DNA of 64,000 nt from Lingula anatina (Eukaryota > Animalia > Brachiopoda). The translations under genes and the position numbers were made by a program. The stretch is from positions 6,014,001 to 6,078,000 of the forward strand of contig JBPQGU010000016.1 in assembly GCA_051362555.1 (NCBI GenBank), read 5' to 3'. Positions 12,992 to 25,404 of the stretch are shown piece after piece. Each line of letters begins with the position of its first letter. The first letter of the stretch is position 1. The notes beneath the pieces are model-generated. The model had not been told where the DNA came from, did no database searches, and worked only from the letters and a program-made list of their open reading frames with translations.

Positions 12992-14199
12992 TAATGCTTG
13001 ATACACATTTTACTTTCATCCTAATCCAATGTTATGCAGAATAAGAATTTGATGTTGGCTATGCAGTTACAGTAAGCATAATACATTAGTTCATCAGAAT
13101 TGACAGTATCCTATTTCCTGCGTTTTTATTTTCTGGTTTTTGTCTGTACATTTGACAGCTTTGCATGCTGCCTTGTTATATATATATGATCCACATGAGT
13201 ACCCCATTTTAGGTCATTGCTTATATTGATGCCCAAAAGTTTAAACTGTGTAACCTCACAGATGTCATTTATAACTAATTGACGAGTAAATTGTCATTAG
13301 AGCTTTCTTTCAGCTCCCCTTTTCAAAGACAAATACAATAACAGCACCTGTGAAGATCATATCTGTTTTAGTTCTATTTGCTACAATGACACCTACTTAT
13401 AAGATCACTTTCCACCTCAAAGGGCTCTATGATTGTTTGAAGATCCAGGTGCTTAAGTTATATTGTATACACCAAAAGAATGTTGACATATGTATTTCAC
13501 AGAGTTTTCACTGATTTTAGATGTCAGCACCAAAATGGCGTCAGACAAAACTCCGATGTATAGTCACGCTTTTTTGAATAGAGACAAATGCAGCTGAACA
13601 ATATTTTCTTTTTCTGTTCACATTTTTAGATAGCTAAATGATCATTTTTGCACATATGAAAATTTTGGAATCCGGAGAAACCTCTGTCTTATAGATTTTG
13701 AGCATTTCCAACAAGGTGCATGTATATTGAGCGTAAAGATCATTGGGTCAATGGTAGCTAGCAGCCTCGTTGGTGTCGTAATTATTGAATGAATGTCATT
13801 GTAAAAAATTTATGCCGTTTTTGTAAGACATGGACTTAAAAAAAGCAGAAAAAAAGTAATTTTGAGTTGGCAGTGTGCAGATACTTGCTGTCACACGCTG
13901 ACTGACGCGCGAGCGCACACGCGCGTCATTCTAAAATCCAGAGAGACCTCTATAAGTACAGGTACAAACATCGGCGTTAAAGTTGGACTTGCGTAATTGC
14001 TGTCACACATTTTTAATTTCAAACTCACTTTCTTACACAAAAGCGGCTCTGGATCAACTCAAGGCGCATCTCAGCTTATTTGAAATTATTTTTAAAAATG
14101 TGAATATACATAATGATACATTTGGTACCTTAATAGCTGAGATATTTCACCCTTTTTGATACCCTCTAAATACTCAAAATTTTGGTCAATTCAAAATAC

Positions 14200-15070
14200 G
14201 TAAACTTCCGGTTTCTCTAAAGTCCCCCTAGCGGCAGCTCAGTGAGGATTGGGGACACCTTTGGCACAGCAAAGCAAACGTGGGATTGTGGGTGTGACGG
14301 AATGCTGAGCCCTGATTGGCTGTTTTGTTCTCTCAAGGTCATTTTGACGTGCATGAGAGAGAGGTTCGTGCTCATATTTTGACACTTTCTTCAACTTATT
14401 TTGTAATTGTGTGATGCGGTAATTGAGGCTGTCTTCGCCGAGGTCGATTTGAATGCCTTCAAGCAATACAAGGAACCCGTAAGCAATACACATTTGGAAC
14501 GTTTTGTCAGGTAAACATTGCACTCATTATTAGGCAATAACCCTTTTCTGTGGTACAGCGGCCTGCGCAATGTACTGTACATGTAGACTACGTTTCAGTT
14601 GAATAATCCTGTCTTTGGTTTTATCTTTAATTGTCTGGATATGTACAATTGAAAAGTGAACTTTAAAATGCCACTGCAGCCTCGATCACAGTGATGACAC
14701 TGTTACATGTTGATCATTTATGATTTATGTACAGTAGTAAAGTATTCACTGGTGAGATTGTACATGTAGATCACTGTGTATTGTGTCTCAATTCTGATTA
14801 TTTTCGTCGTCTGCACCGTACACGTCTGTACGGTAGCTGTGGTTGAGTTGTACTCACCGGGATCAGGCAGGGAAGTTGGGCTCTCCACCTGGTGTGCGCA
14901 GTACTTACCGTAATTGCGCGCTCTCCGTGCAGGGAGAGCACACCGGGTGAAGGTAGGAACTCTTGCATCATGCATAGACAGGGATAGGTGATGATTAAAC
15001 CTCACGTGTGTGTAGCATAATCATTTGTTGTACTTGCCAGCAGAAAGGCGGTCACCAAGCTATTGGTAAA
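14200..15070. promoter_or_regulatory. CpG-rich promoter / first-exon region
   Basis: Locally CpG-rich. Contains ETS-like ACTTCCGGT (14204), CTCF-like CCCCCTAGCGGCAG (about 14224), NF-Y CTGATTGGCTG (14312) and TGACGT (14345). Plus-strand donors at 14479 and 14511; minus-strand donors at 14857 and 14908. Confidence 0.55.
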
Positions 15071-15429
15071 CTTTAATTTTCATCAATGAAATGAATAATA
15101 TTTTTTTAGATAGAAAGGAAATAGTCTATTTTTTTTTCTCTCCATCACTGAACTTATTTATTTCAACTTCATTGATCATGTTTGCTGCATGTACAGGTAC
15201 CATGTACTTAGTCTCCTACATATCATTCTTTCATATTGAAAACACATATGCTTCTATTCATTGCCTTGTCTGTACTTTAAAAACCAGCCATTGTCATGCA
15301 TGCAGTGACTTCATTGCATGAAAGATGTGCAACATGATAATTAAGCAACTTAGACATTTATTTTAATTTCATACAGCTGTAGAAGTATATCCGGGTTAAC
15401 CCACTCCAGTAATAACAGACACCAACAAT

Positions 15430-15648
15430 ATGATGAATGGACATTTGTCAGTGAATGGAGACATTTTATCTGATGATGACCCCATACCAAATGGTCAGTT
15501 TGAAGAGGAGAAGAATATGGAAGAAGAGGAGGGGGATACTGAAGTTTTGAAAGATCCTTCTTGTGACCCTGAGCATCCAAAACAGATTCAGTTTCAGGAC
15601 ATTAGTGCTGCTGCCTACAAGATTAAAAATGGAGTCCAGAAGACACAT
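15430..15648 (+). CDS. First coding exon of an L-threonine ammonia-lyase / serine-threonine dehydratase-like PLP enzyme
   Basis: Acceptor tttcatacAG at 15375-76, ATG at 15430, donor GTAAGT at 15649. The peptide DPSCDPEHPKQIQFQDISAAAYKIKNGVQKT resembles the N-terminus of metazoan threonine dehydratase/serine racemase-like proteins (recalled motif DP.CDP..P....F.D.SAAAY.IK.G..KT). Confidence 0.8.
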
Positions 15649-15699
15649 GTAAGTATGTACAGTAAGGATCATATATCCCACTGACAAACAGTTGTCTTA

Positions 15700-15700
<1 letters not shown>

Positions 15701-15753
<53 letters not shown>

Positions 15754-15770
15754 ATAATAATAATAATAAA
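15701..15770 (+). repeat. Poly(A) run plus (AAT)n
   Basis: About 50 A followed by AAT repeats. Confidence 0.95.
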
Positions 15771-15855
15771 AGAAATGAGAAATGCTTTCTTTTTTCATTC
15801 AAATGGGCCCATATGCTTTTTCATTTGCAATTTCTATTCTATAAACAGTGCATAC

Positions 15856-16680
15856 CAACAACATGCATGCCCTCCTGTGTCATTGCCTGTATTAGTTCTT
15901 CAGTAAGCAGTTTTGCTTTCTTGTCTGTCTGGGTGTTTACTGCCAGGCACCTAACAGGCGAGGCATAAGGTCTTTTTTCATTTGTTTCTTTGTTCATCCG
16001 AAATCATGTATTGTATACAAGTAAATGTGTAGCAGCAGTTCTTTTTTTTCCCTTCCAATGTAGCATAAGGTCTGTCTTGACCTGAGCAATATCGGAAGGG
16101 ATACATCTTTCAGAACTTGGCTTTACAGCTGTACATGCATAATCAGTGGAATTGGATATTTTTAGACTCAGTTCTAGTAAAACTTCACATTCCTGTAAGT
16201 CCCAGGCGATGGCTTACATTTTCTCTTTTGGCAGAGTGGAATTTTGTGCTATGTTCAAGTTGTATTTGACTTTTGCTTCCTTGTATTTTTTTTCCAGAAA
16301 TGACCTAATAGCTAGGACTAACTTCCTTTGATTCTGTAAATCACCGAGAATTACTGCAGCATCCCTTCTGTTACCTTTGTTCATTTCTCCAATAGAATTT
16401 ATTCTGTCCATATAGCACATGTGTAAAATTGCCCCTGCCCATCCCTGATGTCTACATCCCCGGCCCAGGTGTGTTTGACAGTCTCTCTTAGGGTAGGAGT
16501 GACATCAGTAAGATCATACATGATAATCCACTTTCTATTGGTGTTAGATTGCTTGGCTTTGTGGATCACTTCCATCTGGACAGAAGTGCCCATACAGTTA
16601 GATCCGAAAGTTCCAGACATTTTTATCTTATTTCTTATGGACCTGCCACTGATGCCAGGAATATTGCACTTTGCCTAATC
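15856..16680 (-). pseudogene. Decayed P-element-like DDE transposase exon
   Basis: Frame-corrected translation gives KWIIMYDLTDVTPTLRETVKHTWAGDVDIRDG ... RTAATHLLVYMISDEQRNKRPYASPVRCLAVNTQTDKKAKLLTEELIQAMTQEGMHVVG, ending at donor G|GTATGC. This resembles the A.H.LVFM...P(V)...G..V.G motif just before the second catalytic Asp of P-type transposases. Stops and frameshifts are present. Confidence 0.6.
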
Positions 16681-16865
16681 CAAGTTTTTTAAAGAGATGT
16701 ACAGGAATGTATTGAAAATGTAAATGTCATGGAATGAAAATAAGAAAACAATACTATTTATCTATGATACTAGCAGGAACTAAATGGAATTCATGCAATT
16801 TTGAATAATTATTGATCCTACCTCTTTGATCTTCAATTGCATAGGTTTGTGCTCATTAACGTTGA

Positions 16866-17460
16866 CTAAACCATGTTGTCTTTCAATGTGTTCAATGCTG
16901 AGAGTTTCCCCAGTATGAGGACTGAAGGTTTCTGCTGGTGATCTAAGTGACGATGGACGCTTGTGTAATGGCTGGTGTCCTTGGATTGCTGTGCTTTATG
17001 GTAGGGGTCATAGGAGATGGTATGAGTACAGCTGCTAGATGAGGAGGCACCGTGCTTTCCTGGGGTTGTTGGTGGTGCAGATTTTGGGGCATATGTACAG
17101 GCAGCCACTGCTTCTGCATAGTTGAGGGGACTCGCCTTTGAGTTCATTGTAGCTGGTGGGATGGACATTTCTTGGAGTCTTTTCTGGACTCAATTTTCTT
17201 ATACCTGTGCATCTACTAAACTATTCGTGTTGCACTGGGCCTCAATTAGATTTTCAAGCTTGTGCTGTGATTGTAGCAGCTTATCTTGTGAACCAGACAG
17301 TTTATCTTGTATTTTGTCCAGCTTTTCCAACTTAATTAGGGCATCATAAGCTTTGATTTTGCTGAGATCCACAGCTTTCCATAGTTCAGTAACCTTAGTG
17401 AGAATGTCAGATTTCTCATTCTGCCATTTCACATGTCTTAGGCCGTTTGCTCAGTTTCTA
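16866..17460 (-). pseudogene. Decayed coiled-coil ORF, possibly LINE ORF1-like (three copies in the window)
   Basis: Heptad-rich LIKLEKLDKIQDKLSGSQDKLLQSQHKLENL, then NYAEAV, a Pro/Ser linker and PSVLILG. Copies at about 24709-25200 and 27413-27890. Confidence 0.35.
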
Positions 17461-18357
17461 TACGTAATTTGTGAATTTTATCCAAGATAGGTTTTCTTAA
17501 AATCTATTGGTCTAACTTAAAATTCACTGGTAAAAAAAAACCTCCAACAGACTGGACATTTACCTCTATTATAACAATACTAGTTACAACAAGACCTTGA
17601 TTTGTCATATCTTTTTGGATTTAGAATTGCATTGTACTCCTTTTTTTCCCACCAAGGGTCAAAAATAGAAGTCATTATTGTGTTGAAATGTGTACTTTTC
17701 TTGAAAGTATAGACCTGAAGGGTATAAGAAATGACAATCCCGAGATAAAACCTTGTGTATGTATAAAGTTATGATTATTTGAATTTTGAAAATCATTTTT
17801 TAAATTTTCATAAGCTAAACCTTGAAGTGTGTGACTTTTATGATAATTTAAGGTATTGATCTCCAGAAAACCACTTAGTTTTACTCAGAGAGTATTGCTT
17901 TTTTTATGTATTTGCAAAAAAAATGGATGAAAATATCCAAAATGTGACGAATCAATGATATTTTGTAATTTTCCTGTTTCAGTATTAAATGTGACTTCAT
18001 GAAGTTTTTGATTCTGAGATATTCTGAGGACTTCTGTACTTCACTTTACCTTGCATTAGTTCCTTATGTTATGCTTCATGATTGTGTAAAATATTATTTT
18101 GCACAGACATGTGTGCTAATTGCAGTGTCATGTTAAAATAAATGTCCTTTCCGAAACATCCCTGTTTCGGAGAGGACATTTTTTTAACATTTATGATATT
18201 GTTTTAATATATTGTAGTACTTGAGTTTATAAGTTTTAGGTAAAGTCTATGAATAACTGGGCAAAATAGGTGCAAGCTGAACTAAAATGAATTCTTTTTA
18301 TTACATTTTGTGCTTGTTTTGTCTATTCTGTACTAGTAATTCATTACTGGAATTTTA

Positions 18358-21189
18358 TTGTACCACCAGCGTAGGCGCTGGCGGTACCCACGGTTTTAGT
18401 CCCAACCTGTATGTTCCGCCGGCTCTGCCGGCTCCGCCGGCTCCTGCGGCTCCGCCGCCAAGTCACTGTTACTGCTTCTCCTCCTAGACGATAAGGGTTC
18501 CTGTACCCATCTCTTGGATTTAGGCCACCTATAATCTCAACTCGTTCCACGTAAAATTTGGGCTTTGTAGGTATTGGGGTCTAGGTGTGGCACTCATTGC
18601 AATGCACCCTTGTCTAAAAATGGCAAAATTAAATGCTAATTATCTACCCTACGGAAGGAGTTATGGGAAAATTTTCTACAGACGGCTTTCCAAAAGTCAT
18701 ATGTGTAGATTTCAAATATGCCCTTGGATTTGACCTTTGACCTTTATTTCAAGGTCAAATGGGCCAAAATTTTCAAAAAAATGAATTTTTTTACGAAAAA
18801 AAAATTTTTTGCCCTGTTATTCAGACACCACACATACTTAACCAATTATATTATTGGAAACTGTTACCCTTCGGGTCATCTTTCATCTCCGTGAATTTGG
18901 GGTCATTCAGTGCATTTTCACGGGAGTAGCGGCCATAAAGTACCGTAACTGAAAACTGTCTCTAATTCGGGAACCGTTAATGCTAAAGACCCATTCTTTT
19001 TTTGCATTTTGTAGAGCATGTAAAGCCCAACACTGGATGTGGTCTCCGTTTTTTTGTATTCCATACGGTTTTCGAGTTACGCTGTATCAAAAATTACATA
19101 TTGGTGGTGAAAGCAAAATGTGCAGTACCGTAATGGATAATAAATTTTGAACTCTGGAAAAATAATATATAAGGCTGGGCAAAGCAGACAACTTGTGGTC
19201 AACTGTGACCTTGAAATTGACCTTTGATCTACTTTTCACCATGAACTGAACTTTGCAAATTTTGCTTCCCTTTTATCTCCAAAACTGGCAGAGATAGGTC
19301 CATGGTTACTGTTGAACTTGAATAGGAAGTCATATACTGGCAATCTAAATGTGACCTTTAAATTTACCTTTGACCTACTTTTCACCCTGAACTGAACTTT
19401 GCAAATTTTGCTTCCCTTTTATCTCCAAAACTGGCAGAGATAGGTCCATAGTTACTTTTAAACTTGAGAAGGAAGTCATATACTGGCTATCTAAATGTGA
19501 CCTTAAATTGACCTTTGACCTACTCTTCACCATAAACTGAACTTTGCAAATTTGCTTCCCTTTTATCTCCAAAACTGGCAGAGATAGGTCCATAGTTACT
19601 ATTGAACTTGAATAGGAAGTAATATACTGGCAATCTAAGTGTGACCTTGAAATTGACCTTTGACCTACTTTTCACCATGAACTGAACTTTGCAAATTTTG
19701 CTTCCCTTTTATCTCTAAAACTGGCAGAGATAGGTCCATAGTTACTATTGAACTTGAATAGGAAGTTATATACTGGCAATCTAGATGAGACCTTAAAATT
19801 GACTTTTGACCTACTTTTCACCATGAACTGAACTTTGCAAAATTTGCTTCCCTTTTATCTCCAAAACTGGCAGAGATAGGTCCATAGTTACTATTGAACT
19901 GGAATAGGAAGTCATATACTGGCAATCTAGATGTGGCCTTGAAATTGACCTTTGACCTACTTTTCACCATGAACTGAACTTTGCAAATTTTGCTTCCCTT
20001 TTATCTACAAAACTGGCAGAGATAGGTCCATGGTTACTATTGCACTTGAATAGGAAGTCATATACTGGCAATCTAAATGTGACCTTGAAATTGACCTTTG
20101 ACCTACTTTTCACCCTGAACTGAACTTTGCAAATTTTGCTTCCCTTTTATCTCCAAAACTGGCAGAGATAGGTCCATAGTTACTATTAAACTTGAAAAGG
20201 AAGTCATATACTGGCTATCTAAATGTGACCTTAAATTGACCTTTGACCTACTCTTCACCATAAACTGAACTTTGCAAATTTTGCTTCCCTTTTATCTCCA
20301 AAACTGGCAGAGATAGGTCCATAGTTACTATTGAACTTGAATAGGAAGTAATATACTGGCAATCTAAGTGTGACCTTGAAATTGACCTTTGACCTACTTT
20401 TCACCATGAACTGAACTTTGCAAATTTTGCTTCCCTTTTATCTACAAAACTGGCAGAGATAGGTCCATAGTTACTATTGAACTTGAATAGGAAGTCATAA
20501 ACTGGCAATCTAAGTGTGACCTTGAAATTGACCTTTGACCTACTTTTCACCATGAACTGAACTTTGCAAAATTTGCTTCCCTTTTATCTCCAAAACTGGC
20601 AGAGATAGGTCCATAGTTACTATTGAACTTGAATAGGAAGTCATATACTGGCAATCTAGATGAGACCTTAAAATTGACTTTTGACCTACTTTTCACCCTG
20701 AACTGAACTTTGCAAAATTTGCTTCCCTTTTATCTCCAAAACTGGCAGAGATAGGTCAATAGTTACTATAGAACTTGAATAGGAAGTCATATACTGGCAA
20801 TCTAGATGAGACCTTAAAATTGACTTTTGACCTACTTTTCACCATGAACTGAACTTTGCAAAATTTGCTTCCCTTTTATCTCTAAAACTGGCAGAGATAG
20901 GTCCATAGTTACTATTGAACTTGAATAGGAAGTAATATACTGGCAATTTACTGTGACCTTGAAATTGACCTTTGACCTACCTTACGATTAACTTAAATTT
21001 AATTGTACCATTTTTAGTTATATATATTTTTTGCATATTTTTAAAATTCTTGTTGCATGTTTACAGCTTGTCAAGCACAAGACTGGTGGCTGTGTCCCTT
21101 ATTTTGTGTATGTGGGGGTCTAAAAGAATGCGCTTGCTCCAGCTGGTGGTACAATATTCGGAGGCGGTATCGCCTCTCTGATCCTCTAG
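18358..21189 (+). mobile_element. Family B Helentron/DINE-like element with 146-bp satellite
   Basis: 5' hairpin GTACCACCAGCG-TAGG-CGCTGGCGGTAC, (CCGGCTCCG)n minisatellite, 3' inverted GCTGGTGGTAC, hairpin GAGGCG-GTAT-CGCCTC, end CTAG followed by TT. Confidence 0.85.
19204..20990 (+). repeat. 146-bp tandem satellite (about 12 copies) inside family B
   Basis: TGTGACCTTGAAATTGACCTTTGACC recurs at 19204, 19350, 19496 and onward. Confidence 0.95.
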
Positions 21190-24125
21190 TTTTATTAAAT
21201 ATTGATTCTGAGATATATTCCAGGTATTCTTTACACCACTACACCTTATTCCAGTTTCTTTTGTTAGAGTTCATAGCTGTATAAAATATTATTTGACAAT
21301 GTCAGATTTACCAACAGTAAAGACATGTTTAAAAATATGTCCTTTTAGACATGTCCTTGTTTCGGAATGGACATTTATTTAATATTTATGAAATTGCCTT
21401 AATCTCATAGTATGTTGGTTTACAAGGTGAAGCAACCATTGGACAAAATATGAGTTAACTAGATTAAAACTGAACTGTTTTTATTACATTAATTGGTCAT
21501 TTTGGATAGTTTTTGATTCTTTTTTGAAATGTTACTCCATTAGTATTTGATCATGACATAAAATAGAGAGTTCTACACTCCATTATACCCTATTCTGCTT
21601 CCTTTTGTTACAGCTCATAGCTGTATAAAATATTATTTGACAAGGTCAGGTTTAAATTTAGTAATTACATTTTTAAATATGTCCTTTTAGGCATGTCCTG
21701 TGTTTCGGAATGGACATTTATTTAACATTTACAAAATTGCTTAAATGATATATATATATATACCGGTATATCATGATGTATGTATATAATATAAATAATC
21801 ACAGGAAGTTAATTATAACCTGCCTGCAAGCGCCTCTGTAAACCGTGCCAGTGAACTGACTCTTGCAACTTTAACATGTGTAGCCTCATAACTATTTTCG
21901 AATACTTTTATGTACATCATAAGTAAGCAATATTTAAAGTAAGGTAAGCTATATTATTCAAAATTATATTCTACATAAATTTGATGTGCTTCCCATCATC
22001 CTCTTCCTCATGAATAATAAATAGATGAGCAGACCAAAGAGTAAACAAGTGTTTTAGAAAATGTGTTAAAAAATGTCCTTTCCGATACAAAGCATCCAAA
22101 TTGCCTTTATTTCTATTTATACTGATATAATCTCATTAATTAATTGTTAATTTAACTTTGAAATACATGAACTTTGGGAAAATATGCAATGGAAGTTCTA
22201 GTAGATCCAAAGAAAAGATGTTGACTCGCAAAAATGAATTTTTTTGTTGAGGATGTATATAGAAATTTAAAAAGATGCCAGTGAAGAAATGTTCTTCTAT
22301 TATTTTTATGTCATATGCATGATGCTCTAACAGTAATTTGCTCATGTCAAGTGAAACATACAGCATTTAACACAGAATTCTCTCTATTTATAATATTGGC
22401 AACGTAAAGGTACTTTGTTTCTGAATGGACGATTTTTAACAAGCATCTCAAAAAAGGGCACAGTTAAATGGGTTTCTGTGCACTGGGGTTTTCTTATATA
22501 AAAATAAATATCACATGTCCTGGGCTTTAGAGAAATATATATTGTTACAGGCTAGGTGTCAACATGTTCTTTTTATGTAAGAAAAACCCAATGTTTCGGA
22601 ATGGACAAATTTAATGGAAAAACACGGTAGGGTTATTTTGCACTCCATGTCAAGCTCCAGAATCATCGCGCAGATTTCATTATTTGATACAAACAATACC
22701 AATACATCCAAATAATGATTAGGATGGTTAATTATACTGTATGTTTTATGATATATTTTCTGAAAGTAATTTATTTTTGTTTTGGAATGGACATATCGTT
22801 TAACGGAAATACCAGGATGCCATTAAAAGACTTCTTTTTCCTAGGATACACCTCTCTCCTGTTAATATTTAAACTTTTTGCTTCCACCATACTACTGAGT
22901 GTTTTATAATCCAAAAAAATGCAATGTCAAAGACTGTTTTAATTTATTTCAGATTGCTTTTATATTTCATATGACTGAAACAGGAAAAATTTTTGGTCAT
23001 TTTTCGGGCTTTGCTTTAGCATAACTTTGGACTCGGTGGTGATATTTAATTTCTATTTTCAGTGTTTATCTTCACTTACACCATTCTCCAACATAGTGAT
23101 AAAAGAATTCTTTGATCATATGTATGTAATTTGTTATTTAGCAATATGTGGGAAAATCTGAAAAGTGCCCAGGATTGTAAAAATGCCCATATTTAAATAA
23201 TACATACATTAAACTCTTCTATGTGTACACACAAAATACTGGTAGTAAGAAAATGCAGAATGCATATCTACTATTATTTATGTTCTTAAACTCCTTATCT
23301 ATTTTTAAAAAATGCAAGAGAAAGCCATGTAATGGTGCTCGGACATTGCTTTAATTATATCATTTATTGTTAAAAATAACTAACTTTAAATTTGAATCAC
23401 TATGTAAATATTTGAAATTTATTTTAAATGAAACTTTTATCACATAAATTGCCAATTGAAAATATCAAATATGATAAATAGACAAGAACACAATGGTCCA
23501 TTATATGCATGTTGGATTGAAAAAAGCTGTTAAGATAATCTCACATTTATTTCTAAAATTCACTATTCGCTGTTTAAAAGATAAAAGTTGAATCGTTTTA
23601 ATCACTGAATCGGTACATAATGGCAGCTGAGCAGAAATCAAAACCATATCTGCCTTGGTCAACTACAAGTATCTGCTCTGTACTAGTGTCAGCACTGCTC
23701 AACTTAAAACTGTAACTTAAAAACTAACCTATGTCAATATCCTGAATTTGTATCAGTGCCAGATTATATTTAAAAACTCACAGAAAAATTAAGTGGGTTA
23801 GACAAAATAAGTCAAACATGGGCTCCTGCACTAGCCTCTCAAATATGCCTTTTGTAAAGGTATGTTGCATATAGTGGATGACTCATCATGTGCTCCATGT
23901 ACTAATTCTTTCTGTTAAGTAAACAGGACCTATTTTAACAATTGAAATCAGCTTGAAGCAGACTGTAGACCATATTGTCAAGTTTGATTATCTACTGGTG
24001 TGAGAGATGCAGACGATCTAAGTTGATCATTTTAACATTGGGAGTAATGGAGCTTACAGATTGTTTTACCTCTGGGCTTGGCGGCCATCATGTGATGTCA
24101 TGCCGACTGTAACAATAAAGAATCT

Positions 24126-24299
24126 CTGGGGTAGCCCTAGCAAATTTTTGCACCTAGCCAAATCACCACTTTTTTGTCAATTTGTTAACAAAATGGTTAT
24201 AATTTGACTAAAACAAGTCAAATCAAGCCCCTTTTCTTTAGCCAATTTAAGTAAGTTTTAGATTTTTGGCTAAATTGGCAAGTGTTAGCGCTACCCCAG
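24126..24299. mobile_element. MITE with 5-bp TSD
   Basis: TIR CTGGGGTAGC / GCTACCCCAG; TSD AATCT at 24121-24125 and 24300-24304. Confidence 0.8.
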
Positions 24300-24339
24300 A
24301 ATCTGAATTATTAGCTAGATCGTGCAATGAGTCATTGAG

Positions 24340-24703
24340 GGCGGGCTTTAAATTTGATTGGAGGGCAGTGCAGGCAAGCGAATGTGGTCAGAGGTAACTT
24401 GATACAATGAAGATAGGGTATAGTGAAGAGGTTAGTGTCAAGTCATCTCTGAAACTCAGGGTGGCACACCCTTGGCAAGGCAAAACAAACGTGGGATTGT
24501 GGGTGTGACAGAATGCTGAGTCCTGATTGGCTGTTCAAAACAGCGTTTTATGCTGTCCAAGTCATTTGGCCGTGTATAAGAGAGGTTTGTGCTCATATTC
24601 TAACACCTCGACTTAATTTGTACACTTGTCTGATGCGGTAAATTGAGGCTGTGTTCCCCTAATTTCAAGATCCATTTGAATGCTCAAGCAGTACAAGGTG
24701 AGT
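24340..24703 (+). promoter_or_regulatory. Diverged paralogue of the 14254-14473 promoter/first-exon segment
   Basis: CAAACGTGGGATTGTGGGTGTGAC.GAATGCTGAG.CCTGATTGGCTG and downstream sequence are shared with 14254-14473. A GC box and ATTGG lie upstream, and the segment ends in donor CAAG|GTGAGT at 24698. Confidence 0.55.
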
Positions 24704-25404
24704 GATGGTGGACGCTTGTGTAATGGCTGGTGTCCTTGGATTGCTGTGCATTATGGTAGGGGTCATAGGAGATGGTATGAGTACAGCTGCTAGATGAGGA
24801 GGCACCGTGCTTTCCTGGGGTTGTTGGTGGTGCAGATTTTGGGGCATATGTACAGGCAGCCACTGCTTCTGCATAGTTGAGGGGTCTCTCCTTTGAGTTC
24901 ATTGTAGCTGGTGGGATGGACATTTCTAGGAGTCGTTTCTGGACTTGATCAATTTTCTTATGTGCATCTACTAAACTATTTGTGTTGCACTGGGCCTCAG
25001 TTAGATTTTCAAGCTTGTGCTGTGATTGTAGCAGCTTATCTTGTGAACCAGACAGTTAATCTTGTATTTTGTCCAGCTTTTCCAACTTAATTAGGGCATC
25101 ATAAGCTTTGATTTTGCTGAGATCCACAGCTTTCCATAGTTCAGTAACCTTAGTGAGAATATATATGTCAGATTTCTCATTCTGCCATTTCACATGTCTT
25201 AGGCCGTTTTGCTCAGTTTCTGTGCATAATTTGTGAACTTTATCCAGGATGGGTTTTATCCAGGATGAATTTTATCCAGGATGGGTTTTCTTAAAATCTA
25301 TTGGTCTAACTTAAAATTAAAAAAAAAAAAAAAAAAAAAGACTCCATCAGACTGGACATTTACCTCTATTATAACAATACTAGTAACAACAAGACCTTGA
25401 TTTG

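Larger units (their letters stand above)
17638..23189. mobile_element. Putative non-autonomous DNA-transposon derivative with repeated TGTTTCGGAATGGACATTT motifs
   Basis: Absent from the paralogous duplicated units. The motif, often as an inverted pair, occurs at about 18143-18180, 21337-21378, 21679-21720, 22072, 22416, 22592 and 22779. Termini are not resolved. Confidence 0.45.

Noticed and set aside
13180-14200. Unique-looking block with a GACGCGCG..CGCGCGTC hairpin
   Set aside because: Probably a repeat remnant, but no termini or coding similarity could be established.
15649-15684. C-terminal VSMYSKDHISH of ORF 15430-15684
   Set aside because: Read-through into the intron beyond the GTAAGT donor.
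15701-15751. Poly(A) as the tail of a processed pseudogene
   Set aside because: The upstream exon has intact acceptor and donor sites, and no TSD was seen.
19204-20990. CRISPR-like array
   Set aside because: The units are contiguous near-identical repeats without unique spacers, there are no cas genes, and the context is eukaryotic.
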